DNA of 64,000 nucleotides, taken from positions 276-64,275 of the forward strand of contig JAPUKG010000007.1 in assembly GCA_027295775.1 (NCBI GenBank), in the 5' to 3' direction. A program made the position numbers and the translations under genes. Shown in pieces: positions 29,574-38,285 of this stretch. Within the stretch, counting starts at the first letter, position 1, and each line of letters begins with the position of its first letter. The notes beneath the pieces were generated by a model, which had not been told where the DNA came from, made no database searches, and saw only the letters and a list, made by a program, of their open reading frames with translations. The stretch is from Pseudomonadota bacterium. Lineage in GTDB: Bacteria > Myxococcota_A > UBA9160 > UBA4427.

Positions 29574-31450
29574 TGGCTCCTGCGCACCAACTGCGCGATA
29601 CCGACCACCCCCAGGTACCCGAGCAACGCCATACCGCCCATGAGAAGGAAGGCCAGCGGGCCCGCCGCGCCCACCGCCATGGGATCCGGAACGACGCCGT
29701 CGCGCCACAGGAGCGAAACCCCGGCCCAGGCAAAGAACAGGATGCTGACGAAGGCCAGGTCCGGCCGCTTGGCCAGCAGCCCCCCGACCCCCGGGACCAG
29801 CAGCGAGGCCGCGAGGGTCACGCGCTCCAGGCGGGACTCCCGGTCGCGGAGCTCGCCGAGCCGCGCCATGCGCAGCGCCGTGTCCGTCGTCTCTGGACGG
29901 TGGAACAGGCGGTGGCAGCCGTCGCAGATCTCGCTGTTCCAGACCGTGCCATCGCAGCGGGCGCAGATCCGTGCGCCGCAGCGAGCGCAGCGGCTGGCGT
30001 GCCGCCAGCGACCCGACACCAGGAGCCCGAGTACCGCGGCGGCGGCGAAGCCCAGCGACGTGGCGAGCCAGCTCTGCCCGAGTCGGCCGGGCGCGGCCGG
30101 GCGACGCAGGGCCTCGGCGAAGCCGCTGCCCCGTGCCCCCTTGATCAGGCGACCGCGGATCTCGTCCATCGGAAAGGCGAGGTCCGCCACGAAGCTCGGA
30201 TCGCCGTTTCGCGACAGCTCGGCCACGATCTCCGGGCCGATCCGCTGCGCGTTCTGCATGGCGCTCTCGAACTCCTCCATGCGGAAGGAGCGCGCGTAGG
30301 ACTGCGACAGGTTGAACATCAGCGTCGGCGAGTCGATCAAGCCAGCCGCGCGCTCGTAGAGATCCGTCGCCGCCGCCGTGTCCCCGCGCTGGAAGCGCAG
30401 GTTGGCGAGGTTCGTGAGGACGACCGGATCGCGCGGGTTCTCGGCGTGGAGCACGGTGTACCGCGCGTGGGCGGCGTCTGCGAGGCCGAGACGCCGAACC
30501 TTCAAGGCCAGCACGTGCTTGGCGAGCGCGTCGTCGGGCGCGGCCGCTACCAGCCGCTCGAGCTCTTCGGAAGTCTCGGTGCCGCGCACGACGGAGAGCG
30601 CGGCGTCGGCCAGGGGATCGGAATCCAGGGCCGACAGCGCGGTCCCGGCCACGCGGGCGAGCGGATACATGCCGATCACGACCAGCACAGCGGACAGCGC
30701 GAGGGCGACGCGGTGGCGGGGACTCCCATACGTGAAGCCCAGTGCAAAGAGTGCGACCACGAGACCGAGCACGCCCTCGCCGGCCAGGAGCGGCAGGAGC
30801 AGAAGCGAGCCGAGCAGCGCGGTTCGGGCGAAGGCGGGCATCGAGCGCGACAGCAGGTCGCCCAGGTCATGGGCGGCGTGGGAGAAGGCGGCCACGCCCA
30901 CGCTGGCGCCGAAGTAGAGGGAGCCGGCGACCAGCGCCACGGCGAACATGACGAGCAGGGACGAGGCCAGCCAGACCGTCGCCTCCAGGTGACGCGGAAT
31001 CGCCAGCAGCCCGTCCACCACCGCCTCCAACGCCGGACGCCGCTCGCCGTGCTCCCAGTGGGCGCCGGCCAGCGCGATGTGTGCCATGGGCAGGTCCGGC
31101 GCGAGACGCACGGCCAGCATCGCCCGGCCGAGGCTGTCGCCGCGGGCTCCCGGGGCGATCAGCGCCCGCGCCGCCGCCTCGACGTTGTCCATGCCCAGCT
31201 CGAGGGCCCGGATGCGCGTGCGGGTGGCGCGGGTTCCCAGGTCGGCTCCCCCCCGGAACCAGGCCCGCTCCACCTCCGAGCGGTAGCCGCCGCGGGGCGC
31301 GAGCGAGACCTCCCCGGGCCCAGCGTCGGCTTGCTCGCCATTGGCAGAAGCGGACACGGGGGGCCGCTCGGCGACCGTAGACCCCGGCACCCCGATCAGC
31401 CCGAGGCCCATCGACAGGCCTGCGAGGAATCGGCGCCAGCTCACACTCAT
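29570..31450 (-). CDS. Polytopic membrane protein with TPR-like region and Cys-rich zinc-ribbon motif
   Basis: 626 aa. N-terminal hydrophobic leader and a ~5-TM block. TPR-like helical region (NLANLRFQRGDTAAATDLYERAAG...). CARCGARICARCDGTVWNSEICDGCH motif, followed by further TM segments. No family name recognised. Confidence 0.7.
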   Translation of the reverse strand: MSVSWRRFLAGLSMGLGLIGVPGSTVAERPPVSASANGEQADAGPGEVSLAPRGGYRSEVERAWFRGGADLGTRATRTRIRALELGMDNVEAAARALIAPGARGDSLGRAMLAVRLAPDLPMAHIALAGAHWEHGERRPALEAVVDGLLAIPRHLEATVWLASSLLVMFAVALVAGSLYFGASVGVAAFSHAAHDLGDLLSRSMPAFARTALLGSLLLLPLLAGEGVLGLVVALFALGFTYGSPRHRVALALSAVLVVIGMYPLARVAGTALSALDSDPLADAALSVVRGTETSEELERLVAAAPDDALAKHVLALKVRRLGLADAAHARYTVLHAENPRDPVVLTNLANLRFQRGDTAAATDLYERAAGLIDSPTLMFNLSQSYARSFRMEEFESAMQNAQRIGPEIVAELSRNGDPSFVADLAFPMDEIRGRLIKGARGSGFAEALRRPAAPGRLGQSWLATSLGFAAAAVLGLLVSGRWRHASRCARCGARICARCDGTVWNSEICDGCHRLFHRPETTDTALRMARLGELRDRESRLERVTLAASLLVPGVGGLLAKRPDLAFVSILFFAWAGVSLLWRDGVVPDPMAVGAAGPLAFLLMGGMALLGYLGVVGIAQLVRRSQ

Positions 31451-31557
31451 CCCCCTTCCGCGCAGTCGGCTTCCCCTGGCTTATCGGCGGGCTCCAGCAC
31501 CCGCTGAAGGAGGGTTCCGGGGCTCCCAGGAGGGACGGGAAGGCGTTCTCGCAGCCG

Positions 31558-31586
31558 TTGCCCAGGGGCGGACCGAAGACTATGAT
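31558..31586 (+). promoter_or_regulatory. Candidate sigma70-type promoter of rpsT
   Basis: TTGCCC (31558-31563), a 17-nt spacer, then TATGAT (31581-31586). It lies 24 nt upstream of the GTG start. SD GGGAGG at 31599-31604. Confidence 0.4.
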
Positions 31587-31609
31587 CCGCGCCTTCCAGG
31601 GAGGTCCGG

Positions 31610-31873
31610 GTGGCCCAGCACAAGTCCGCAGTCAAGCGCGCCCGCCAGTCACTGAAGCGGCACGCCCGCAATCAGCAGGTGCGAAGCCGCATGCGGACGC
31701 TGATCAAGCAGTTCCGCCAGGCCGCGGCATCCGGCGACGCGTCGGCGCCCGAGAAGCTGAAGGCCGCCGAGATCGGCATCCGCAAGGCCGCCAGCCGGGG
31801 CGTCATCCCCAAGCAGCGCGCCAGCCGCCACGTCTCCCGCCTCACCCGCCAGCTGGCCTCCGCCTCGAAGTAG
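31610..31873 (+). CDS. rpsT: 30S ribosomal protein S20
   Basis: 87 aa: (M)AQHKSAVKRARQSLKRHARNQQVRSRMRTLIK..., a typical S20. GTG start with a good SD. Confidence 0.95.
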   Translation: MAQHKSAVKRARQSLKRHARNQQVRSRMRTLIKQFRQAAASGDASAPEKLKAAEIGIRKAASRGVIPKQRASRHVSRLTRQLASASK

Positions 31874-31885
31874 CCGCCGAACTGG

Positions 31886-32863
31886 CTAGCTCGCCAGTCC
31901 GAGCACGAGCCTTTCGAGCGCCAGGTCGGGGGGCAGTGCGCCCGCGCCCTTGAGCGCGGTGTCCGTGCGGTGGATCGCGTCGAGACACGACACCAGCCGG
32001 GCCAGTGAGTAGCGACGCGCCTGGCCCTCGAGCTTGCGCACCACGAAGGGAGGCCCCGGCACCGACGCGCCGCTGCGGGTCCGCGCGAGTCGCCGGAAGT
32101 GTGACGCCAGCGCGCCCAGGATGACGGGTGCCGGAGCGCCCGCGCCCTGCATGCGCCCCAGCTGGACCAGGGCGGTGTCGATCCGGCCCTCGCCGATGGC
32201 GTCGGTCAGATCCCAGATCGGCTGCTCCGCGAGCAGACTGCTGCCCGCCTCGACGTGGTGGCGCGTGATCGCCTCCCCTGCGCCGGCCAGGAGGGCCGCC
32301 TTCTCGAGTTCCTGGCGCAGCACCAGGAGCTGGGGCCCGACCCGCTCGGCGAGCAGCTCGGCTGCGCCGGGTGCCAGTGTGAGCACCTGGCGCTTCGCCT
32401 CCTTGCGGAGGAAGTCCAGCAGCGCGCGCTGGCCCTTGGGCGGCTGGCAGTCGACCACCGCGGCCGGGCTCTGGAAGGCCTTGACCCAGCGCGAGCGGCG
32501 GTCGGGCTTGGCCGACACGACCACGAGGACCGTCTGCGCCTGGGCCGTCACGTCGCTCACCACGTCCGCCAACGCGTCCGCCAGCGCCTTGGCCCCGGCC
32601 CGCCGCCCCTTGGATGGATCGTCGAGCGTCACCAGCCGGTGTTCGGCCATGACCGGCAGGGTGGCGACGGCGTCCCGCAGCTCTCCCGCGGTGGCGTCGG
32701 CGCCGAGCCGCTGGTGGTTGAAATCCTCGGGACCTCCCGCGAGCACCGCCCGGCGCAGCGCGAGGAGCGCGTCGTCCCGCAGCAGCGGCTCCTCGCCCGC
32801 CAGCAGGTAGGCGGGCCGCAGCTCTCCCTCGGCCAGCTCGCGCGACAGCTCTTCGACGTTCAT
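31886..32863 (-). CDS. holA: DNA polymerase III subunit delta
   Basis: Trimmed from the 491-aa track ORF to MNVEELSRELAEGELRPAYLLAGEEPLL..., the HolA N-terminal pattern. ATGA overlap with the lptE stop; lptE-holA synteny. Confidence 0.85.
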   Translation of the reverse strand: MNVEELSRELAEGELRPAYLLAGEEPLLRDDALLALRRAVLAGGPEDFNHQRLGADATAGELRDAVATLPVMAEHRLVTLDDPSKGRRAGAKALADALADVVSDVTAQAQTVLVVVSAKPDRRSRWVKAFQSPAAVVDCQPPKGQRALLDFLRKEAKRQVLTLAPGAAELLAERVGPQLLVLRQELEKAALLAGAGEAITRHHVEAGSSLLAEQPIWDLTDAIGEGRIDTALVQLGRMQGAGAPAPVILGALASHFRRLARTRSGASVPGPPFVVRKLEGQARRYSLARLVSCLDAIHRTDTALKGAGALPPDLALERLVLGLAS

Positions 32864-33375
32864 TGCAACACGCGCTCGAGGGCGTCGTGCGCCCGGCTCG
32901 CCAGCAGCTGGGCCACCCTGCGCAGCGCCTCCTTCCGGTTCTTGCGCCCGACCTCCAGGTCGGCGCTGGAAAGGTACACCTCCGTGTCCTGGAGCGAGAG
33001 CCTCTCGACGGCCAGCTTCCGACCGTCCGGCGCCTCGAGGCGCAGCGAGATGCGGAGCGTCAGCTCGTACTCGAGCGCCAGCACCACGTCCGAGAACGAC
33101 CGCACCCTGGTGTCGATGTTCGGCACGCGCCCGCGAATCACCAGGTCGGCCTGCTCCGGGTTCGACACCAGCCGCACCCCCCCACGCGCCAGGAACTCGC
33201 GCCGCAACGCCTCGGTCACCAGCATCTCGACCCCCGGCTCCGCGGTGTCGTTCGTGAGGGTCTTGATCGATACCCGAGAGAGACCGCGGCCCTGCTCGTC
33301 GTAATGGACGACCGTGTAGCCGCAGCCGCAGGTCACGAAGAGGAGAGCGATCGTGCCCCAACGCAACGCGTTCAC
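32860..33375 (-). CDS. lptE: LPS-assembly lipoprotein LptE
   Basis: 171 aa. Lipoprotein signal ending LLFVTCG/CGY, which resembles the E. coli LptE ...ITAG/CGW as I recall it. The position directly upstream of holA is the canonical one. Confidence 0.75.
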   Translation of the reverse strand: MNALRWGTIALLFVTCGCGYTVVHYDEQGRGLSRVSIKTLTNDTAEPGVEMLVTEALRREFLARGGVRLVSNPEQADLVIRGRVPNIDTRVRSFSDVVLALEYELTLRISLRLEAPDGRKLAVERLSLQDTEVYLSSADLEVGRKNRKEALRRVAQLLASRAHDALERVLQ

Positions 33376-33391
33376 GATGAGGAGGATAGTG

Positions 33392-35992
33392 CTACAGCGT
33401 GAAGCGCCGCACCTCGTCCCGGAGCGCCTCGGACTGCTCCTGCAGGTCGTTCTTCGCCTCCTTCATGGTGGCCACCGACTGCTCGTTGGCGCTGGTGCGC
33501 TCGGACACCTGGTCGAGGAATCCCTTGAGCTCCCGGTAGGAAGCGGATTGAGCCTCGAGGCTGTCGTTGATCTGGAGCGTCGCGTCACGCACCCCCTCGA
33601 TGCTCTCGCGGATGCGCGCGCCCCCGCGCGCCTGCTCCTGGGTGGTTCCGCGGAGCTGCTGGGCCACCTCGCGCATGGCCTCCGACGAGAGGTACACCAC
33701 CTCGTTGCCGCGGTCCTGCTCGGCGGCGGCCCACTGGATCGCCTCGACGCCCGCGTTCACGCTCTCCATCAGGCCCACTACGTGGACCGCGGCCTTCGTC
33801 TGCTCGCGGACGGCCTGGAGGATCTCGTGCATGCGGGTGCCGCTCTCCCGACTCGCGCGGGTGATCTCCTCCAGCGAGGCGCCGGCCTCCCTAGAGAGCT
33901 GCACCCCGGATGCAACGCTGCGCGAGCCGACCTCGATCGCGCCCACCGCGTTCTCGCTCTCCTCCTGCAGCGAGCGGATCAGCCCGCCGATCTCCTTGGT
34001 GCTGGCAAGAACCCGGTCCGCCAGCTCCTTGATCTCGTTCGCCACCACCGAGAACGCCCGCCCGTGCTCGCCCGCCTGGGCCGCGATGATCGCGGCGTTC
34101 AGCGCCAGCAGGCTTGTCTCGTCGGCCACGTCGTCGATCACGTCGAGGATCGCGCCGATCTCCACGGCCCGGGTACCGAGCACCCGGATCACTCGCTCGG
34201 CGGTGTCGGTGGCCTCGCGGATGGATTGCATGCCTTCGATGGTCTGGCGCACACGGGCCTGGCCGGTCTCGGCGTTCACGACCATGCGCTCGGAGAGGGC
34301 CGCGGTCTCCTCCGCGGTATTGTCCACCTGGCGCATGGCGCTGGCCATCTGCTCCATGCTCGACGACGTCTCCGTCGCCGCCGCCGAGAGCGCCTCCGAG
34401 TTGGCGACCACCTCTTTCACGCTGCGCACCATCTCCTCGATCGATGTCGAGACCTCGTCGACCCGGGAGGACAGCACGCCCGCGGTGTCGTTCAGCTCCT
34501 CGCCCGCCGCCCCCATCTCCAGGATCGAGCTGCTCGACTCCTCGACCAGGCTGCCCAGCTCCCGCGCCGACGCAGCGATGCCCGCGACCTGATCGTTGAT
34601 TCTCTCCAGGAGCCGCGCCGCCTGCTCGACGCCCCGGCCCTGCTCGGCCGCGCCGCGCGCCACGTTCTCGGAGGCCGATTCGATGCCGACCGTGTTTCGC
34701 TCCACCTGATCCGCGGCCTCGGCCACCCGCCCGACGGTCTCGCGCAACGCGGTCACCATGCTCTCGAACGACCGCGCCAGCTCGCCGAGCTCGTCCTCGG
34801 ACTCGAAGACGCGGCCCGGGCGGAGGTCCCCAGCGGCCATCCGCTGCACCTTCTCCTGCAGCTCCCGCGTGGCGGAGCCGACATCCACGGCCAGCACCCG
34901 CGAGAGTCCGAAGGAGATGGCCGCGGACACGGCGAGCATGATCAGGAAGACCACCTCGAGACTGCGCGTCTCTCCCGTGACCTCACTCCAAGGGGTGACA
35001 GCCACGACAACGGAGGTGCCGTCCCACAGCGGGCGCCAGGCGAAGCTATTGGGCGAATCGAAGCCCAGGCTGTTCCCACCCTGCCGGTTGGCGGCGCCGT
35101 CGGCGCTGGTGATCTGGGCCAGCTCGGACGGGTAGAGCAGCTCCGACGGCCCCGCGACCACGCGACCCTCGGCGACGTCCACCCACAGGAGGTCCGCGGC
35201 GATGCCGAGCCGCCGCGCCTGCGCCGACGCGGCCGACAGGGCGTCGGGGCCGCCCGCCTCGAGGGTCGGGGCGACCTCCTCCAGATAGCGGGCATGCGAA
35301 AGGGTGGCGTTGGCCTCGAGCCGCCGGCTCGAGGTGGCGAAGGCCAGGAACATCGCGAACGTGACTGTCACGAACGTTACGCCCGTCACGGAGACAAAGA
35401 GCTTGCTGCGCAGGGAGACCGGATGCACCAATCGAGCGCGGATTTCGGGGCCGTCGAGCCGGCTCGCCAGGGTGCGCAGTAGCTCCCCCAGATGCGACTT
35501 GAAGACGAAGTACATGAAGATCGACGTGACGAAGCCGCCGCTGGCCGCGGCCAGGCTCATCACCGCCCAGGGAAGGGCTTGGAAGGAGTCGAAGCGAAGC
35601 CACATGGCGGACGCCACCAGCACGCCGCCGAGACTCCACCAGACGATCCCCGAGAAGAACATCCGCAGCGGAAAACGGGCCAGTGCTTCGAACGCACAGC
35701 GCAGGGTCTCGTCGGCTCCCTTCCCCTGTTCCTCGTCCTTCAGGTAGGCCAGGATCGGAGCCAGGAAGCGGTGGTTCACCGTCATCGTGATCGAGAAGAG
35801 GATCACGAACAGACCGGCGACGATCTCGCCGAATCCGCGCCACAGCGCCGTTGGCAGCTGCAGCAGCATCAACAGATACGCGCTGATCAGCACGATGGTG
35901 GCGACGGAGATGACCGCCGACATCCTCATCACCCGGAGGTGAAATTCGCGCGCGCGCGGCAGCGCCCCGTTCGTTCCCGCGTCCGCGTTCAT
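33392..35992 (-). CDS. Methyl-accepting chemotaxis protein (6 predicted TM, HAMP, long signalling domain), paralog 1
   Basis: 866 aa. HAMP (ATRELQEKVQRMAAGDL...DELGELARSFESMVTALR). Signalling hairpin ...DETSLLALNAAIIAAQAGEHGRAFSVVANEIKELADR. ATGA overlap with the upstream cheY stop. Confidence 0.92.
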   Translation of the reverse strand: MNADAGTNGALPRAREFHLRVMRMSAVISVATIVLISAYLLMLLQLPTALWRGFGEIVAGLFVILFSITMTVNHRFLAPILAYLKDEEQGKGADETLRCAFEALARFPLRMFFSGIVWWSLGGVLVASAMWLRFDSFQALPWAVMSLAAASGGFVTSIFMYFVFKSHLGELLRTLASRLDGPEIRARLVHPVSLRSKLFVSVTGVTFVTVTFAMFLAFATSSRRLEANATLSHARYLEEVAPTLEAGGPDALSAASAQARRLGIAADLLWVDVAEGRVVAGPSELLYPSELAQITSADGAANRQGGNSLGFDSPNSFAWRPLWDGTSVVVAVTPWSEVTGETRSLEVVFLIMLAVSAAISFGLSRVLAVDVGSATRELQEKVQRMAAGDLRPGRVFESEDELGELARSFESMVTALRETVGRVAEAADQVERNTVGIESASENVARGAAEQGRGVEQAARLLERINDQVAGIAASARELGSLVEESSSSILEMGAAGEELNDTAGVLSSRVDEVSTSIEEMVRSVKEVVANSEALSAAATETSSSMEQMASAMRQVDNTAEETAALSERMVVNAETGQARVRQTIEGMQSIREATDTAERVIRVLGTRAVEIGAILDVIDDVADETSLLALNAAIIAAQAGEHGRAFSVVANEIKELADRVLASTKEIGGLIRSLQEESENAVGAIEVGSRSVASGVQLSREAGASLEEITRASRESGTRMHEILQAVREQTKAAVHVVGLMESVNAGVEAIQWAAAEQDRGNEVVYLSSEAMREVAQQLRGTTQEQARGGARIRESIEGVRDATLQINDSLEAQSASYRELKGFLDQVSERTSANEQSVATMKEAKNDLQEQSEALRDEVRRFTL

Positions 35993-36366
35993 TCGACCTT
36001 CAACAGGCCCTTGGCTATGGAGAGCACCCGGTTGGCCTGGATGGGCTTGGTGAGATACTCGTTCGCACCCAACGTAAGCGCCCGCTGGCGGTCGTCAGTG
36101 GCGCCTTCGGTCGTGATGACGCAGATCGGCATCTGCTTCAGGCTTTCATCTCCCCGGATCAGTCGGATCAGCTTGAGCCCGTCCATGACCGGCATGTTGA
36201 TGTCGATCAGCGCCAGGTCGAAGTGGTCGCTCGTCACCTTGCGCAGCCCGTCCATGCCGTCCGCGGCCTCGACAATGTCGACGTTCTTCAGACGATTCAG
36301 GGCGAACACCAGAAGCTGGCGCATCGTCGGACTGTCTTCGACGATCAGGATTCGATTGTCAGCCAT
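35989..36366 (-). CDS. cheY: CheY-like single-domain response regulator
   Basis: 125 aa. ILIVEDS, phospho-acceptor context LALIDINMP, VITTEG, YLTKP. Confidence 0.9.
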   Translation of the reverse strand: MADNRILIVEDSPTMRQLLVFALNRLKNVDIVEAADGMDGLRKVTSDHFDLALIDINMPVMDGLKLIRLIRGDESLKQMPICVITTEGATDDRQRALTLGANEYLTKPIQANRVLSIAKGLLKVE

Positions 36367-36390
36367 TGCACTCCTCGACCGGCCCAGTCG

Positions 36391-37206
36391 CTACTTCGTC
36401 AGAAGATCGATGAAGCCCTGGATGGTGTTCAACTTGCGTTTGGACTGCGAATGCAGCCGGGCCGCGAAGATCGACGTCGCGGCGTGACCCGCCAGCAGTG
36501 TGAAGAGCTCGTAATCCAGCGCCGTGAAGCCGTCCTTCTGCTGGAGCAGGCTGTGGATGGCGATGGCACCCACCGGCCGCTCCTGGACCCGCAGGGGAAT
36601 CGACACCAGGGGCCCCTCCTCCGGTGCGCGCGCCCCAGCCGCCGGCTCCGCCACAGCCACCTCGCCATCCTGGACGGCCAGGCCGAGAGCCCCGCTTCCG
36701 ATCTCGATGCGCGGGAACTGCGACACCGGCGCGCCCTCCGAGGCAACTGGCTCGAGAATCCCGGAGCGCTCGTCGACGACGTACACGCAGAAGACCTCGG
36801 CGCCGATCAGGTTGATGACGATCTCGATGATGACCTTCAGCACCTCACTCGGATCGAGGGTGGAGTGGAGCTGGTAGCTGGCAACGTACAGGTTCGCGAG
36901 GTTGTTGTTCTCTTCCTCGATCTCTACGTACCGGCCGGCAAACTGACCGTTCTCCTCCTCCACCGCCTGCAACCGCTCGCGGATGTCCCGGTTCTCGACC
37001 TCGAGCGATTCGATCTTGCCGAGGAGCTCATTCCGCAGCTTCTCCCACTCTTCGGGATCGCGCGCCGCGTCCGTCTGCCGCTGCTCGATGTTCAGCAGGC
37101 GGACGCGAAGCTGCTCGTTCTCCTGGAGCAGATCCTTGGTGAACTCGGCGCCCCGTTTGAAGATCGAGAGCACGGCTTCTCCGCGTTCGTAGTTCTTCAC
37201 GCTCAT
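36391..37206 (-). CDS. Coiled-coil + GAF domain protein
   Basis: Trimmed from the 443-aa track ORF to MSVKNYERGEAVLSIFKRG.... About 110 aa of heptad-rich sequence (LRVRLLNIEQRQ...EEENNNLANLY), then a GAF-like fold (LKVIIEIVINLIGAEVFCVYVVDE...PLRVQERPVGAIAIHSLL). ATGA overlap with the cheB stop. Confidence 0.75.
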   Translation of the reverse strand: MSVKNYERGEAVLSIFKRGAEFTKDLLQENEQLRVRLLNIEQRQTDAARDPEEWEKLRNELLGKIESLEVENRDIRERLQAVEEENGQFAGRYVEIEEENNNLANLYVASYQLHSTLDPSEVLKVIIEIVINLIGAEVFCVYVVDERSGILEPVASEGAPVSQFPRIEIGSGALGLAVQDGEVAVAEPAAGARAPEEGPLVSIPLRVQERPVGAIAIHSLLQQKDGFTALDYELFTLLAGHAATSIFAARLHSQSKRKLNTIQGFIDLLTK

Positions 37207-38285
37207 GACATTTCCTTCCGAATCGGGGCCCCCGAGACACCGGACAGGCCAGACTGGATCGCTGCTGGGATCTCGCTGAGGGCGAGTACCCGATCCACCG
37301 CACCCGTCCGTATCGCCTGCTGGGGCATGCCGAAGATCACTGCGCTCTCCTCCGACTCCGCGATCACCGAGCCCCCGGCCTCCTTCACCCGGGTCACGCC
37401 CCGGCGTCCGTCGTCGCCCATTCCCGTGAGGACGATCGCCAGGAGGTCGCTGCCGAAGTGCTTCGCCGCGGTCTCGAACAGGCGGTCCGCGGACGGGGTG
37501 TACTTGTCCGACGGACCGTTGGGCGTCACCCGAGTCACGATCTCGCTGCCGCGGCTCTCGAGCTCCAGGTGATGGCCGCCGGGCGCGACCAGCACGGAGC
37601 CCGGTTCGGGCCGCTCGCCGCCCTCGGCCTCGTTGGCACTCAGCGGGGTCAGCCGGTCGAGTCGCTCCGCGAAGCCGCGGGTGAAGCCCCGGGGCATGTG
37701 CTGGGCCACCAGAAACGCGCACGGCGGCGGCGCGGCGAAGGCGCCCAGGATCTGCATCAACGCCGCCGGTCCGCCGGTCGACGAGCCGATCACCACCATC
37801 GATGGGATCGGAGACACGGCCCCCCCGAGCCGGGCCAGCACCGGGGGCACCGATCGGATCCGATCGCGCACCTTGTCGATGCGCAGCTCGCGGATGGCGT
37901 GGACCTTGCGGATCAGCTCCTGCTGGATGCTCTCCAGCTCTGGCGTGGCGTGCGGCATGGGCTTGGCGAGGAAGTCCACCGCCCCCAGGTCGAGGGCCTT
38001 GAACACGTCCTCTTCTCCGGCCCGGCCGCTGATCACCATCACGGGGGTCGGCCGCTTGCTCATCACCAGCCGCAGGAACGTGAACCCGTCCATCCGCGGC
38101 ATCTCCAGGTCCAGCGTCACGAGATCGGGCTCGAGCTCCAGGGTCTTGCGCAGGGCCTCCTCGCCATCGCGCGCGACGCCGACCACGTCGACCAGCGGCG
38201 ACGTGCGCAGCATGCGCATGATCGTCTGCCGGCTGAAAGCCGAGTCGTCGATCACCAGGACGCGGATCAGCTCCCGGGGCTTCAT
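37203..38285 (-). CDS. cheB: Protein-glutamate methylesterase/glutaminase CheB (REC + esterase)
   Basis: 360 aa. REC (VLVIDDS...LVTLDLEMPRMDG...FLAKP). Esterase triad context (GSSTGGP, AQHMPRGFT, GMGDDG). ATGA overlap with the cheR stop. Confidence 0.93.
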   Translation of the reverse strand: MKPRELIRVLVIDDSAFSRQTIMRMLRTSPLVDVVGVARDGEEALRKTLELEPDLVTLDLEMPRMDGFTFLRLVMSKRPTPVMVISGRAGEEDVFKALDLGAVDFLAKPMPHATPELESIQQELIRKVHAIRELRIDKVRDRIRSVPPVLARLGGAVSPIPSMVVIGSSTGGPAALMQILGAFAAPPPCAFLVAQHMPRGFTRGFAERLDRLTPLSANEAEGGERPEPGSVLVAPGGHHLELESRGSEIVTRVTPNGPSDKYTPSADRLFETAAKHFGSDLLAIVLTGMGDDGRRGVTRVKEAGGSVIAESEESAVIFGMPQQAIRTGAVDRVLALSEIPAAIQSGLSGVSGAPIRKEMS

